From: Longimicrobiales bacterium
Lineage (GTDB): Bacteria > Gemmatimonadota > Gemmatimonadetes > Longimicrobiales > Gaopeijiaceae
Direction of reading: 5' to 3'
Length of the DNA: 64,000 nt
Assembly (NCBI GenBank): GCA_965202985.1
Contig: CBDBCF010000001.1
Span: 1,760,001-1,824,000, forward strand
Shown here: positions 1 through 9,188 of the stretch, piece after piece
Position numbering within the stretch: the first letter of the stretch is position 1
Layout of the letters: each line of letters begins with the position of its first letter
Notes under the pieces: generated by a model
Seen by the model: only the letters and a program-made list of their open reading frames with translations
The model's database searches: none
What the model was told of the DNA's origin: nothing
Made by a program: the position numbers and the translations under genes

Positions 1-1287
1 GCCGAAGAGTACTTGGCGGCTCGGTCCGCCGTTGCCGAACGCCGCTTTCTGGCAGCTCTGCGCAACGAGTACCCGGGCCAGACCGTCTTGGAGCTTGCCG
101 TCGGCTACGCCAACCGCGGACTGCCGGAGGACGCGCTGGCGCTGCTGGAGTTGGCGCTGGTGCGGGGTACGGACGCGGGCGCAGGCGCAGATGGCACGGA
201 CGCACGCGCGGCCGCCGGCAGCGGCGTCGGCTCGGCCGGACTTGCGGGCGCGGCCATGACCGCTTGGCGCGCCTACCTCTTGCAGGACCCGTCGCTGCTT
301 GCCGATCCAGGGGAGCCGGCGTTCGCCTTTCCGTTTCGCGTCGAGACGCTGCCGGTTCTGCGTTGGGCGGCCGCGCAAAGCCGGGCCGCGGGCCAGCCGG
401 GCAGTTGGGTCTGGACGTACCTGCTGGGACTGAACTTGTGGGCGCTGAACCGCGAAGAAGAAGCCGCCCAGGCCATGGAGTCGCTGGCGGACGAACCGGA
501 CTACGGTCCATCCTACGCGGCCCGCGGCCTCTTGTTGCAGGCGTGGCGGGGCCGGAACCCGGAAGTGGACCTTTCGCGGGCCGCGGCGCTGGACCCCGAG
601 AGTCGCGTCCTGCGGATCGCGCTGATCCGCCATCGTCAGAGCGAAGGCGACTGGGAGCGTGCGCTGGTTGCGTCGGTGGAAGCCCGTCGCGCATTCCCGG
701 ACGACTTCGACCTGGAGCTGCTGCACGCGCGCGGGCTCGTGAACACGGACCAGCCGCTCGCGGCGTTGGAGATCCTGGCCGCCGTCCGAGTCCTCCCCTC
801 CGAGAACTCGCGCGAGAGCCATCGGCTGTTCGAGCTGGCCCACATCGCCGCGGCGCTGGACGCCTTGGCTCCCGGCGGCGGCGGACACGCCGCGGCGCGC
901 GCCCACCTGGAAGCCGCCCTCGATTGGCCGGAGTCGCTGGGCCAAGGGCGCCCCTACGACCCGGACGAGCGCTGGGTCCGGTACCTGTTGGGCGTCGCGG
1001 CCACACAAGCGGGCGACCCCGCCGCGGCGCGGCGGCACTTCCAGGAGGTCGTGGACGCTACGCCAATCCTGGGCCTCTCGGACGCAGACGCCGCGGCCGG
1101 CGCCGAACGGCCTGCCGGACCGCTTGCCCGGGCAGACCTGCCGGCGGTGCTGGCGATCCGCGCCCTGGGACGCGCGACCGCCGTCGGCGGCGTGGACGCG
1201 GTTGTTGCCGCCGTCGCGGCCGCCGGGAACGACCCCCGCGACCTGGAAGGCAGGCTGCTGGCGCGCACGCTGGCCCTGTCGCCCTGA
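1..1287 (+). CDS. TPR-rich protein, C-terminal part (DUF5107-like); 5' end outside window
   Basis: Frame open from base 1; helical TPR-like Ala/Leu pattern; WPESLGQGRPYDPDER motif; TGA at 1285-1287. Confidence 0.6.
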   Translation, partial: AEEYLAARSAVAERRFLAALRNEYPGQTVLELAVGYANRGLPEDALALLELALVRGTDAGAGADGTDARAAAGSGVGSAGLAGAAMTAWRAYLLQDPSLLADPGEPAFAFPFRVETLPVLRWAAAQSRAAGQPGSWVWTYLLGLNLWALNREEEAAQAMESLADEPDYGPSYAARGLLLQAWRGRNPEVDLSRAAALDPESRVLRIALIRHRQSEGDWERALVASVEARRAFPDDFDLELLHARGLVNTDQPLAALEILAAVRVLPSENSRESHRLFELAHIAAALDALAPGGGGHAAARAHLEAALDWPESLGQGRPYDPDERWVRYLLGVAATQAGDPAAARRHFQEVVDATPILGLSDADAAAGAERPAGPLARADLPAVLAIRALGRATAVGGVDAVVAAVAAAGNDPRDLEGRLLARTLALSP

Positions 1288-1311
1288 GCGCCCGAGCCCC
1301 GCCCCGAGCCG

Positions 1312-1938
1312 TCAGTTCCTGGCCGTGGTCCGCAGGGCCTCCGCCACCGACTCGGCGATCCTCCGCTCGAGCACGCCCTTGGATGTGCAGTGGAGCTGGT
1401 TGCCGCTGACCGCCCGAGGCCGGCACCAGGCGTCCACCAGCGTCGTCACCTCGGTGCTCTCCGGCCCGGCGGGCGCCAAGGTGGTCACCACCGTCAACGT
1501 GATGTCGTGCTGGTTGGCCAGCGGGCCGGCGAAGTCGGAGCCGCAGTCCAGAAATGCGGCCATCCGGTCTCCGTCGATGCGCCGGGCCAGGAATCCCGGA
1601 TTGCCCAGCCCGCTCGACCCGGGGTCGGCGTACTCGATCGGGATGCCCAGCTGGTCGTAGGTGTGGCCCAGCACGCCCCATGCGGCCTTGGGGTCGGCGT
1701 CCACCGTGAACTTGCGGATGCTGGGCTCGGTGTAGAGGTCGACGGGAGCGTATCCGCCGACGCGGACGACTTGGCGGTGCTCGCCGAACGCGGGGGCCGC
1801 GGGGGCGCCGTCACGTTGGGTGGGGACCGACGTGCAGCCGCTCGCGGCCGCCCAGACGACGGCGAGAGCCAGGAGGGCCAAGCGGCGGGCGAAGGCTAGG
1901 GGCCGATTGCGGCGGCCCCGTTCGAAGCGCGTGTCCAT
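1312..1938 (-). CDS. Putative lipoprotein, paralogue of 2033..2623
   Basis: ATG 1938 with GGAG RBS; signal ending AASGC; shares DCGSDF.GPLANQ and RPRAVSGN..HC.S.GVLE with neighbour. Confidence 0.75.
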   Translation of the reverse strand: MDTRFERGRRNRPLAFARRLALLALAVVWAAASGCTSVPTQRDGAPAAPAFGEHRQVVRVGGYAPVDLYTEPSIRKFTVDADPKAAWGVLGHTYDQLGIPIEYADPGSSGLGNPGFLARRIDGDRMAAFLDCGSDFAGPLANQHDITLTVVTTLAPAGPESTEVTTLVDAWCRPRAVSGNQLHCTSKGVLERRIAESVAEALRTTARN

Positions 1939-2032
1939 GCTGTATCTCCGTTGTGGATCGCGTGAAGAGGGATCGAACAACGGTGATACTCGGCAACCCC
2001 GGAAAAAGTTCCCGGGGGGCGCCGACGGGGGA

Positions 2033-2623
2033 TCAGCGCGTGTCGAGCGCCTCCGCCACCAACTGGGCGATGCGCATCTCCAGCACGCCGCGGGACTGAC
2101 AGTGGATCGGGTTGCCGCTTACCGCGCGAGGGCGCCCGTAGGCGTCCATGACCGTGAGCACCTCGGTGTTCTCGTCGTCCTGGGCGGTCAGCTTGGTCGA
2201 GACGGACAGGGTGACCTCGTACTGGTTCGCCAGCGGACCCGAGAAGTCCGAGCCGCAGTCGATGAACGCGTTCAAGCGATCGCCGCCGACGCGCCGAGCC
2301 CGGTAGCCCGGGTTGCCCAGCTGCATGGCCCGGGGGTCCGTGCGCGTGATCGGGATTCCCAGCTGCTCGTAGACGCCGCCGAGGACTCCCCAGGCGTTCC
2401 GGGCCGAAGCGGCCACGACGCGCGCACCGACGCCGGGCTCGTTGAAGATCTCCACGGGAGCGTAGTTCGCCACTCGGACCACGTTGCGGGTCTGGGCCGG
2501 CAGCGCCGCACTCTCGTCGGCGCCCGTCGCGCCGGAAGACGAGGCGCACCCGGCGGACGACGCGACCACGGCCGCCATGAGCAGGAAGAGCGAGCTTTCG
2601 ATCCAGCGGTGACGAACGTTCAT
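2033..2623 (-). CDS. Putative lipoprotein, paralogue of 1312..1938
   Basis: ATG 2623 with AAGGAG RBS; lipobox SAGC; same conserved motifs. Confidence 0.75.
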   Translation of the reverse strand: MNVRHRWIESSLFLLMAAVVASSAGCASSSGATGADESAALPAQTRNVVRVANYAPVEIFNEPGVGARVVAASARNAWGVLGGVYEQLGIPITRTDPRAMQLGNPGYRARRVGGDRLNAFIDCGSDFSGPLANQYEVTLSVSTKLTAQDDENTEVLTVMDAYGRPRAVSGNPIHCQSRGVLEMRIAQLVAEALDTR

Positions 2624-2825
2624 GTCGGCTCCTTCGAGGCTTGTTGCACGGCCGTTGCCGCCGATTCCCAGAACTCGGCGCGCCGTCCCGGCGCCAAGGG
2701 GAGGCGGGGCGGGCCGCCCTCCACGACCTGCACGAAGTGAATGTCGCCCAGTTTCGCCGGTCGGTCCACCTGGAAGCTCCTGCCCGCCCATGAGAACACG
2801 ACAGCACCGGCCCGCCCGTCGCGGG
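2620..2825 (-). pseudogene. 3' fragment of a second zincin-like metallopeptidase copy
   Basis: Translates AGAVVFSWAGRSFQVDRPAKLGDIHFVQV, matching the C-terminus of 6758..7489 with an internal deletion; its TGA overlaps the lipoprotein ATG. Confidence 0.85.
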
Positions 2826-4010
2826 TTACGTCTCCGCCGGCTCCAGCCTCACGATCGGCGTCTCGTTGCCCTCGCGACTGTCGATCGCCACGTAGATGAA
2901 GCCGTCGGGTCCTTGGCGGATGTCGCGGACGCGGCCCACGTCGCGCAAGAGGGTTTCGGACGCGACGACTCGGTTGCCCTCCAACGAAAGTCGGTCGATG
3001 CGCTGGCCGACCAAGCCGCCGGCGAACAAGCTGCCCTGCCACTCCGGGAACTTGTCGCCCGTGTAGAACATGAGGCCGGACGTTCCGATCGAGGGCACCC
3101 AGACGTGCAGCGGCTGCTCCATGCCGTCGGCGTGCGTGGCGGCGTGAATTGGGCTGCCGGAGCGGTAGTTGACGCCGTAGCCGATCACCGGCCAGCCGTA
3201 GTTCTTGCCGGGCTCGGAGACGTTCACTTCGTCGCCGCCCTTGGGGCCGTGTTCGGTGAGCCAGACGGCGCCGGTCTCGGGGTGCACGGCGAGTCCTTGG
3301 GGATTGCGGTGTCCGTAGCTCCAAATCTCGGGCCGGGCGCCTTTCCAGCCTATGAAGGGATTGTCGTCGGGCACGCGGCCGTCGTCGTGAATGCGGACGA
3401 CGACGCCGTCGTGGTTCGACACGTCCTGGGCCGGATGGGCGGCAAGGTCGCCATCCAGGGATGCATAGTGGTCGCCTACTGTTACGAACAGGTGGCCCTC
3501 TGCGCCGAAGGCCAGCCTGCAACCGAAGTGCGCGGGGATGGTCCCGACCGACAAGGCCTTGAATATCTCGTCGACGAGCGTGAATCGGTCGTTCTCGAAG
3601 GTGCCGCGCACCACCGCCGTGGTGGCTTGGCGTCGGTCGGTGTCGGACCCCGCTCCGACCGGCTTGGAGTAGCTGATGTACAGAAGCCGGTTGGACGCGA
3701 ACTCCGGGTGAGCCGTCACTTCCATGAGCCCGCCCTGGCTGATCGCCACCACCTCGGGAACGCCCGGAACGGGATCGGGAAGCAACACCCCGTCGCGGAT
3801 GAGGCGAAGTCGTCCGGGACGCTCGGTGACCAGCATGTCGCCTCCGGGCAAGAACGCCATCGACCACGGATGAACCAGCCCGTCCGCAACCGCGACCACC
3901 CGATAGTCGTGATGCGCCGAACGCATGACGTCCTCGGCGCCCGTGCCGCATCCGGCCGTTGCCGCCACGACCACGACCATCACAGTCTGGATGAACAAGG
4001 ATCGGTTCAA
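2826..4010 (-). CDS. PQQ-dependent sugar dehydrogenase (glucose/sorbosone, YliI-like), lipoprotein
   Basis: GLVHPWSMAFLP, SYGHRNPQG, EHGPKGGDEVN, GRVRDIRQGPDG; TTG start 4010 (alternative ATG 4022 lies in the IS end); lipobox TAGC. Confidence 0.9.
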   Translation of the reverse strand: MNRSLFIQTVMVVVVAATAGCGTGAEDVMRSAHHDYRVVAVADGLVHPWSMAFLPGGDMLVTERPGRLRLIRDGVLLPDPVPGVPEVVAISQGGLMEVTAHPEFASNRLLYISYSKPVGAGSDTDRRQATTAVVRGTFENDRFTLVDEIFKALSVGTIPAHFGCRLAFGAEGHLFVTVGDHYASLDGDLAAHPAQDVSNHDGVVVRIHDDGRVPDDNPFIGWKGARPEIWSYGHRNPQGLAVHPETGAVWLTEHGPKGGDEVNVSEPGKNYGWPVIGYGVNYRSGSPIHAATHADGMEQPLHVWVPSIGTSGLMFYTGDKFPEWQGSLFAGGLVGQRIDRLSLEGNRVVASETLLRDVGRVRDIRQGPDGFIYVAIDSREGNETPIVRLEPAET

Positions 4011-4015
4011 GTCTA

Positions 4016-4864
4016 CCCGCATTATTCACGAGGTTTGTTGCGAGGGGAGTGGCGCGCGGCGGCGAGGCCATCAGGCTCAAGGTTCGCGGCCGAGAACCGG
4101 CGGCCTGCCGCACGCGACGCCAAGATGAAGATATTGGGTGCTCCGTTTCGGTACAACAAAGTCGGTGCGGGTCGAGGTGCGGCCCACAAGGTGACGGGCG
4201 ACGCGGGCGTTCTCTTGTGTCGCGAGGTGTTGAGCGCGAGCGGCGTGGACCGCTGGCTGAGCAAGCGGATCGACGACGCTCGGGACCCGCGCAGGACACG
4301 GCATTCGCTGGCGGAGCTGGTGCGGATGGCATGCCTGCTGGCGGCTCAGTGTCGTCGGGACCACGCCGACGCGACGATGTTGCGGGACGATCCGGCGTTC
4401 CGGCTGGCGGCGAGCGGGCGGGCGGGCACGACGCCGCTGGCGGCGGGGCGTGTGCTGGCGTCGCAGCCGACGCTGTCGCGGCTGGTGGCGATGCTGTCGC
4501 GGGGGGACAACCCGGAGGTGTTGCGGGAGGGGCTGGCGCGGCTGGCGGCTGCGGGCGTGCAACGGCGGGCGTCGGCTGGCGGAGATGGTGGTGGATGTGG
4601 ACAGCCTGCCGATCGAGGTTCACGGCGAGCAGCCGGGCGTCGGCTGGAACGGCTGTTGCAAGGCGACGGTGTACCATCCGCTGGTGGCGTCGTCGGCGGA
4701 GACGGGCGACTTGCTGGACGCTCGGCTGCGGGCGGGCAAGGCGCACACGGCTGCGGGCGGGACGGAGTTGGCCCCGCTCGCGCACTCGTCTTGCGGTACT
4801 CGCCTTGTGCACGTCCGCAATCTCGCCCCAACCACAACTTCACACGAGTCATGAATAAGGCGGG
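4016..4864 (+). mobile_element. Internally deleted IS1380-family element, copy 1
   Basis: 16-bp imperfect terminal IRs cccgcattattcacga (4016-4031) / tcatgaataaggcggg (4849-4864); encloses a transposase remnant. Confidence 0.85.
4125..4854 (+). pseudogene. IS1380-family transposase, frameshifted and 3'-truncated
   Basis: TGDAGVLL, LRDDPAF, LASQPTLSR; frameshift near 4560-4580 into DVDSLPIEVHGEQ..YHPL; C-terminal half missing. Confidence 0.85.
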
Positions 4865-4937
4865 ATCATGGTCGTGGTCCGAGCCGTGTATTCGACGGCG
4901 GAGGCGTGAAGCAGAGCGGAACTGCGGGGTCCAACGG

Positions 4938-6347
4938 CTACGGGTCGAGCACATAGCGTGGTCCCGGGGTCCCCGACAACCGAACGACTTGCCCGTCTCC
5001 TGCGAAGTCGCCGAAGGGGGTCGGAGTCAGGTCGTGCACCGAGGTGAACTCGGTCAGCACCATGCCGGTAGCGATCTCGATCTCCAAGGCCTTTGAACGG
5101 TTACCGAAGGTGGCGATCAGCCTTTGCCGGTCCGGGGAGATCGACAAGAGACCCTGCCAGTGCGTAAAGAAGTTGCGGGGTCGCCCGGCGTCGAGGGCGA
5201 CGGGGAAGACGGTCGTCTCGCTGCCGTCGGCCAAGTCGATCGTCAGCACTCGCGAAGGTCCGTCTCGGTCTGCTTCGACGCCCCAGTTGTCGAAGACGAG
5301 AAACCGGGAGTCGCTCAAGTGCTTGACGGAATGCTGCCCGGCGAAGGTTCCCCGCACCAGCGTCTTGACGTCGAAGCCGTCCCGGTCGAGCACGGCGAAG
5401 GCGTTCAAGTTCCGCAGCGACACCACGAGGTCGCCCGGACCGATGCCCGACGGTCCCGTCGCGTCGGGCCCCAGCTCGTGCACCGAGTTCACGTGGAGCG
5501 GGCTACATGGATCGCCCGCGTGCCGCAGCAAGAACCGATAGCGGGAAGCAGCCAGCTTCTCCCAGATCGAGACCTCTTCGAGAAGCTCGCCGTCGGGTCC
5601 GATCTTGCGCACAGTATCGACGTAGGGCTTCGCGCAAGGCAGCTCGAAGCCGAGGTTATGCTTGGGGGCTTGGTAGTGCACGCGGAGCGGGCCTTGGCCG
5701 ATGCGCAGGCCGGGAACCCAGGCCACGTCGTCGGCCGCGAGATGGGGTTCGTGATGACTGTAGTCTCTTCGATACCAGGCCGCCGTGCCGTCGGGTCGAA
5801 TCCGCGCGACGCCCCCGGCGAAGGGGAAGGCGCCATTGTAGTGGAAGACCGCGAGCAGGTCGCCGTTGGGATACGTGTCCACGGCGAACACGTAGGCGTC
5901 GTCGACCAGCTTGATGTCGAACAGGGACTCGTAAGGCAGGTCCACGATCGTCGCTTGCTCGATCTCGCTCGGGCGATAGGGATAGGCGCGAGCGACTTGG
6001 CCTTGGCCGACGTACTCGACGGCCACGCATCCGGGATGCCCCGGACACAGCTCGGCAAACCGTCCGACGCTTCCCGGCCACACGATGCGATCCGTCAGTC
6101 CGCTCTGGTTGTGAAACACGATGCGCGCAGCCTCCACTTCGCTGGAAGACAGGTCTACGGGCGCGGATCTCCGCAGATCCTGCGGCGGTTCGCGCCACTT
6201 GTCACGGATAGCATCGGCAGTTCTCCAGGCCGACCGGAACAGTTCGTAGGGGAATGCCTTCGTTAGCCCGACCTGCACGCCGCCCAAGAACACGACCACG
6301 GCCAGCGCCGCCCCGAACAAGACCACAGGAGTGCGGCGGCGGCGCAA
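4938..6347 (-). CDS. Arylsulfotransferase-family (ASST-like beta-propeller) protein with N-terminal membrane anchor; start uncertain
   Basis: HVNSV..GDLVVSLRNLN..GQHSV..LVFDN motifs; ORF-track N-terminal extension is IS sequence; TTG 6347 or out-of-frame ATG 6367. Confidence 0.75.
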   Translation of the reverse strand: MRRRRTPVVLFGAALAVVVFLGGVQVGLTKAFPYELFRSAWRTADAIRDKWREPPQDLRRSAPVDLSSSEVEAARIVFHNQSGLTDRIVWPGSVGRFAELCPGHPGCVAVEYVGQGQVARAYPYRPSEIEQATIVDLPYESLFDIKLVDDAYVFAVDTYPNGDLLAVFHYNGAFPFAGGVARIRPDGTAAWYRRDYSHHEPHLAADDVAWVPGLRIGQGPLRVHYQAPKHNLGFELPCAKPYVDTVRKIGPDGELLEEVSIWEKLAASRYRFLLRHAGDPCSPLHVNSVHELGPDATGPSGIGPGDLVVSLRNLNAFAVLDRDGFDVKTLVRGTFAGQHSVKHLSDSRFLVFDNWGVEADRDGPSRVLTIDLADGSETTVFPVALDAGRPRNFFTHWQGLLSISPDRQRLIATFGNRSKALEIEIATGMVLTEFTSVHDLTPTPFGDFAGDGQVVRLSGTPGPRYVLDP

Positions 6348-6367
6348 CCACTTTGGGGGGGCCTCAT

Positions 6368-6730
6368 CGCGCCTTATCACGAGAGGTTTGTTGCGAGGGG
6401 AGTGGCGTGCGGCGGCGAGGCCATCAGGTTCAAGGTTCGCGGCCGAGAGCCGGCGGCGCAACGCCAAGGTGAAGATAATCGCCTGCTCGAACGCGTGTGC
6501 TGCGCGCGCCCGCTCGGTTCACCGTGTCCGGACGCCGCGTCGTCACGATCGTCGGCCGCTCCGCGCGCCACTGGACGCTGGCCACCCGACAGCTCGCACT
6601 GCTGCCGGACCCGGGCGGCTAGCGCCGCACCTGCGCCCGTCGCCGTTCCGGCCTCGACGGCCGCTCCGACGCACCAGTGCGTCCAGCACGCGCAGCAGCG
6701 CCCTCCGAACGTCCAAAATCCTGTGGCGGG
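6368..6730 (+). mobile_element. Internally deleted IS1380-family element, copy 2 (left end plus transposase C-terminal remnant)
   Basis: 6368-6480 repeats 4016-4135; then VLRAPARFTVSGRRVVTIVG..PDPGG-stop; degraded right end ggcggg at 6725-6730. Confidence 0.75.
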
Positions 6731-6757
6731 ATCTAAACTCCTCAACGCCCTCCTCCG

Positions 6758-7489
6758 TCATGGTTGTTCCACCGCTGTTGCCGCGGATTCCCCCCAGACC
6801 TCGCTGCCTTCCCGGCGCCAAATGCGGCGCGCGCGCTCCATCCAAGACGCCTTCCTAATCAGCACCAGCTCCAGATGGGGAGGCGGGGGCGGGCCGCCCT
6901 TCGCGACCTGCACGAAGTGAATGTCGCCCAGTTTCGCAGGTCGTTCCACCTGGAAGCTCCTGCCCGCCCACGAGAACGCGACCGCGCCGGCCCGCCCGAA
7001 GTCGCGGGCGTTCCACGTTTGCTCGATGTAGACGTCGTCCTCGACGGCGTAGACGCCCGGCGCCATTTGATCGCCGTGGCGGTAGTACGCCAGGTCGAAT
7101 TCGCGCCCGTGGTCGCGCAGAAAGGTCTGCTCCATGGCGTAGTCCACGCCCAGCAGGTCGTCCCGGTCGGCCAGCGACTCCAAGTGATGGCGCAGCTCGT
7201 GGGTCAGCGTCTCCCATATCTGTCCCTCCCAGTCGAAGGTCGGGTCCAGCTTGGCCAGGGCTTCGAACGAGCCCCAGTGCAGGACCACCAGCGACCGAAT
7301 GGTGTCGGGTCCGCCCCAGCCCGACGGGTAGCTCTCCGTGGCGCACTCGCCCAGCGTGTAGATGTCCCGAAACCGAGGATGGGCAAGCGCGTCGCGACGC
7401 ACCGTCAGGCCGTCCACGCCCGCCTTGTACCGGGCCGGAATCTCCTCGAAGGCGCGGCGCGCGGCCGCCTCGAAGGCGTCGAAGTTCAC
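6758..7489 (-). CDS. Zincin-like metallopeptidase (Zincin_1/DUF1025-like)
   Basis: TLTHELRHHLE (HExxH); GTG start overlaps the upstream TGA (GTGA). Confidence 0.8.
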   Translation of the reverse strand: MNFDAFEAAARRAFEEIPARYKAGVDGLTVRRDALAHPRFRDIYTLGECATESYPSGWGGPDTIRSLVVLHWGSFEALAKLDPTFDWEGQIWETLTHELRHHLESLADRDDLLGVDYAMEQTFLRDHGREFDLAYYRHGDQMAPGVYAVEDDVYIEQTWNARDFGRAGAVAFSWAGRSFQVERPAKLGDIHFVQVAKGGPPPPPHLELVLIRKASWMERARRIWRREGSEVWGESAATAVEQP

Positions 7490-8487
7490 TGGGAACGGCG
7501 CTTCCGCTCCCGAATGAACGCCTCCGCGCCCTTGGGCAACAGCAGGTTGTCGGAGATCGCCGCGATCTCTTCGGCGTTCCGCCACGCCTGCTCCAGCAAC
7601 CATAGCTCGCCCTCCAGCGCCCGGCGCTCCTGTTCCTCGTGGAGCGCCATTTCGAACGCCAGCCTAGTGGCCTTGGGCATCCTGCTCACGTAACCGGGCA
7701 ACCCCTTCTTGCCATGGAACCTCGGGCTGCCCGCCACGTTCGCCAGAAACCGCTCGGGGTCGCCCTGGGCCTCGATTCGATCCACCGCCAGCCGCACCGT
7801 CTCCTTCCTGCCGCCCATCGCGTTGATCGCGGGCAGGATCGTCGCGGCGAAGCGCCGGGCCTCTTCGCCCTCGTGCCACGTCTTCTTCTTGCCCTTCTTG
7901 ATCTCCAGCTTGAAGCCCGAGTCGCCGAGCGCAGGACGAACCCGGATGCCCGCCAGCTCCGGGCGCTTCAGCTTCACGGTCCGCCCCTCGTCCGTGCGCA
8001 GCTTGACCACCGTGCGCGCGTTGAACACGACATTGTAGAGGTTGCCGACCTGGGTGAGCGCGGTGCCGCTGATTATCCCCGCCGCGGCCCCGCCGGCCAA
8101 GACGCCGCCCACCACGGCGGTGGCTGCGACGCCGTAAATGATCGTGCGCCGCCGTCGCCGGCCGAACTGGTCTCCGTAGCGCCAAGCCGCGAACTCCGGG
8201 CGCAGGGGCCGGCCTATGCGCACCAGCTCCAGTCCTTCGGCGTGGCGGGCCAGGCCAACGTTCTCGCTGGACACGCGCACTCGGGTCTCGCGAAAGATGA
8301 GTTCGCACGCCTCCACGGCCTCCCAGCGCTCTTCGATGGGGGACAGGTTCCATCGTTCGCACTTGCCGCAGACGACCCACAGGCGTCCTCGCTCCTCGTC
8401 GAAGGCCAGGCGACGCCCAACGGGGAACGTCTCGATCACCTCGTTGGTCCCGAGCGACTTGTTGCAGAACATGCAGGCGGCGTACAA
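7486..8487 (-). CDS. Hypothetical membrane protein with N-terminal Zn ribbon, paralogue of 9185..10174
   Basis: CMFC..CGKC; hydrophobic segment after RRRRR; C-terminal EMALHEEQERRALEGEL; TTG start with GGGAG RBS. Confidence 0.75.
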   Translation of the reverse strand: MYAACMFCNKSLGTNEVIETFPVGRRLAFDEERGRLWVVCGKCERWNLSPIEERWEAVEACELIFRETRVRVSSENVGLARHAEGLELVRIGRPLRPEFAAWRYGDQFGRRRRRTIIYGVAATAVVGGVLAGGAAAGIISGTALTQVGNLYNVVFNARTVVKLRTDEGRTVKLKRPELAGIRVRPALGDSGFKLEIKKGKKKTWHEGEEARRFAATILPAINAMGGRKETVRLAVDRIEAQGDPERFLANVAGSPRFHGKKGLPGYVSRMPKATRLAFEMALHEEQERRALEGELWLLEQAWRNAEEIAAISDNLLLPKGAEAFIRERKRRSQ

Positions 8488-8653
8488 CGGCGTGTCTCCC
8501 TTCGAGTTCCGGGACAAGAGGCGGGCCGGGGGCGGACCCATTTAAGAATACGACTTCGGGCGTCCGTTCGTTCGCGGCGCGTGGTGGCGACTGCTTGTTG
8601 GGTGCGCGGGCGGGCCGCTTGCGCGACACGGTCTCGGGCGATACAACGGTTCC

Positions 8654-9112
8654 ATGAGGATCGACGATGTCTTTCGCGTCGACGCGCCCGCCGAGGCCGT
8701 GTGGCGGTTTCTTGCCGACCCGGAGCGCGTGGCCGCTGCCCTGCCGGGCGCCGAGATCACGCGCGATCTGGGCGGCGGGACCTACGAAGGCGCCATGTCG
8801 ATGAAGGTGGGCCCGCTGGCGGCGGCCTACAAGGGAACCGTGGCCTTCGAGTTCGACGGAGAGGCGCGCTCGGCGGTGGTCCGGGCCCGGGGGAAGGGCA
8901 AGGCCGGCATGGGCAACGCGGACATGACGATGACGAGCCGAGTCGCGGCGATCTCCGGCAGCGAGACGGAGGTGACGATCGGCGCCGACATCGCCGTCAC
9001 GGGAGTCCTGGCCCAGCTGGGGCGCGGCATGATCCAGCACGTGTCCAAGAAGATGATCCGGGAGTTCGCGGAGATCGTGGCCCGAGAGATCGCAAGGAAG
9101 GCGGGCGAGTGA
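8654..9112 (+). CDS. CoxG/SRPBCC-family protein
   Basis: VWRFLADPERVAAALPGA, KVGP..Y.G, G.LAQLGRGMI motifs. Confidence 0.85.
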   Translation: MRIDDVFRVDAPAEAVWRFLADPERVAAALPGAEITRDLGGGTYEGAMSMKVGPLAAAYKGTVAFEFDGEARSAVVRARGKGKAGMGNADMTMTSRVAAISGSETEVTIGADIAVTGVLAQLGRGMIQHVSKKMIREFAEIVAREIARKAGE

Positions 9113-9140
9113 ACCGGGGCGGGCGGGCCGCCGCGTGCCC

Positions 9141-9188
9141 CTCCTCGAAGGCCCGGCAGGCTGCCGCTTCGAAGGGGTCGAAGTTCAC
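9141..9188 (-). pseudogene. 5' fragment of a second zincin-like gene
   Basis: VNFDPFEAAACRAFEE vs VNFDAFEAAARRAFEE of the full copy; same GTGA overlap with the upstream paralogue. Confidence 0.8.

Noticed and set aside
1997..2017. Hairpin ccccgg/ccgggg between the lipoprotein genes as a terminator
   Set aside because: Short stem with no U-tract after it on the coding strand
4865..4937. Integron attC site after the ASST-like gene (GTTGGAC core; inner flanks atcat/ctcat)
   Set aside because: The core site is in the wrong order relative to the gene, and there is no matching inverse core, stem or integrase
2622..5096. 824-aa + strand ORF
   Set aside because: Antisense to the PQQ gene, then passes through the IS1380 remnant; only about 4125-4570 is protein-like
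8654..9112. CO dehydrogenase locus
   Set aside because: CoxG-like gene only; no coxLMS in the window
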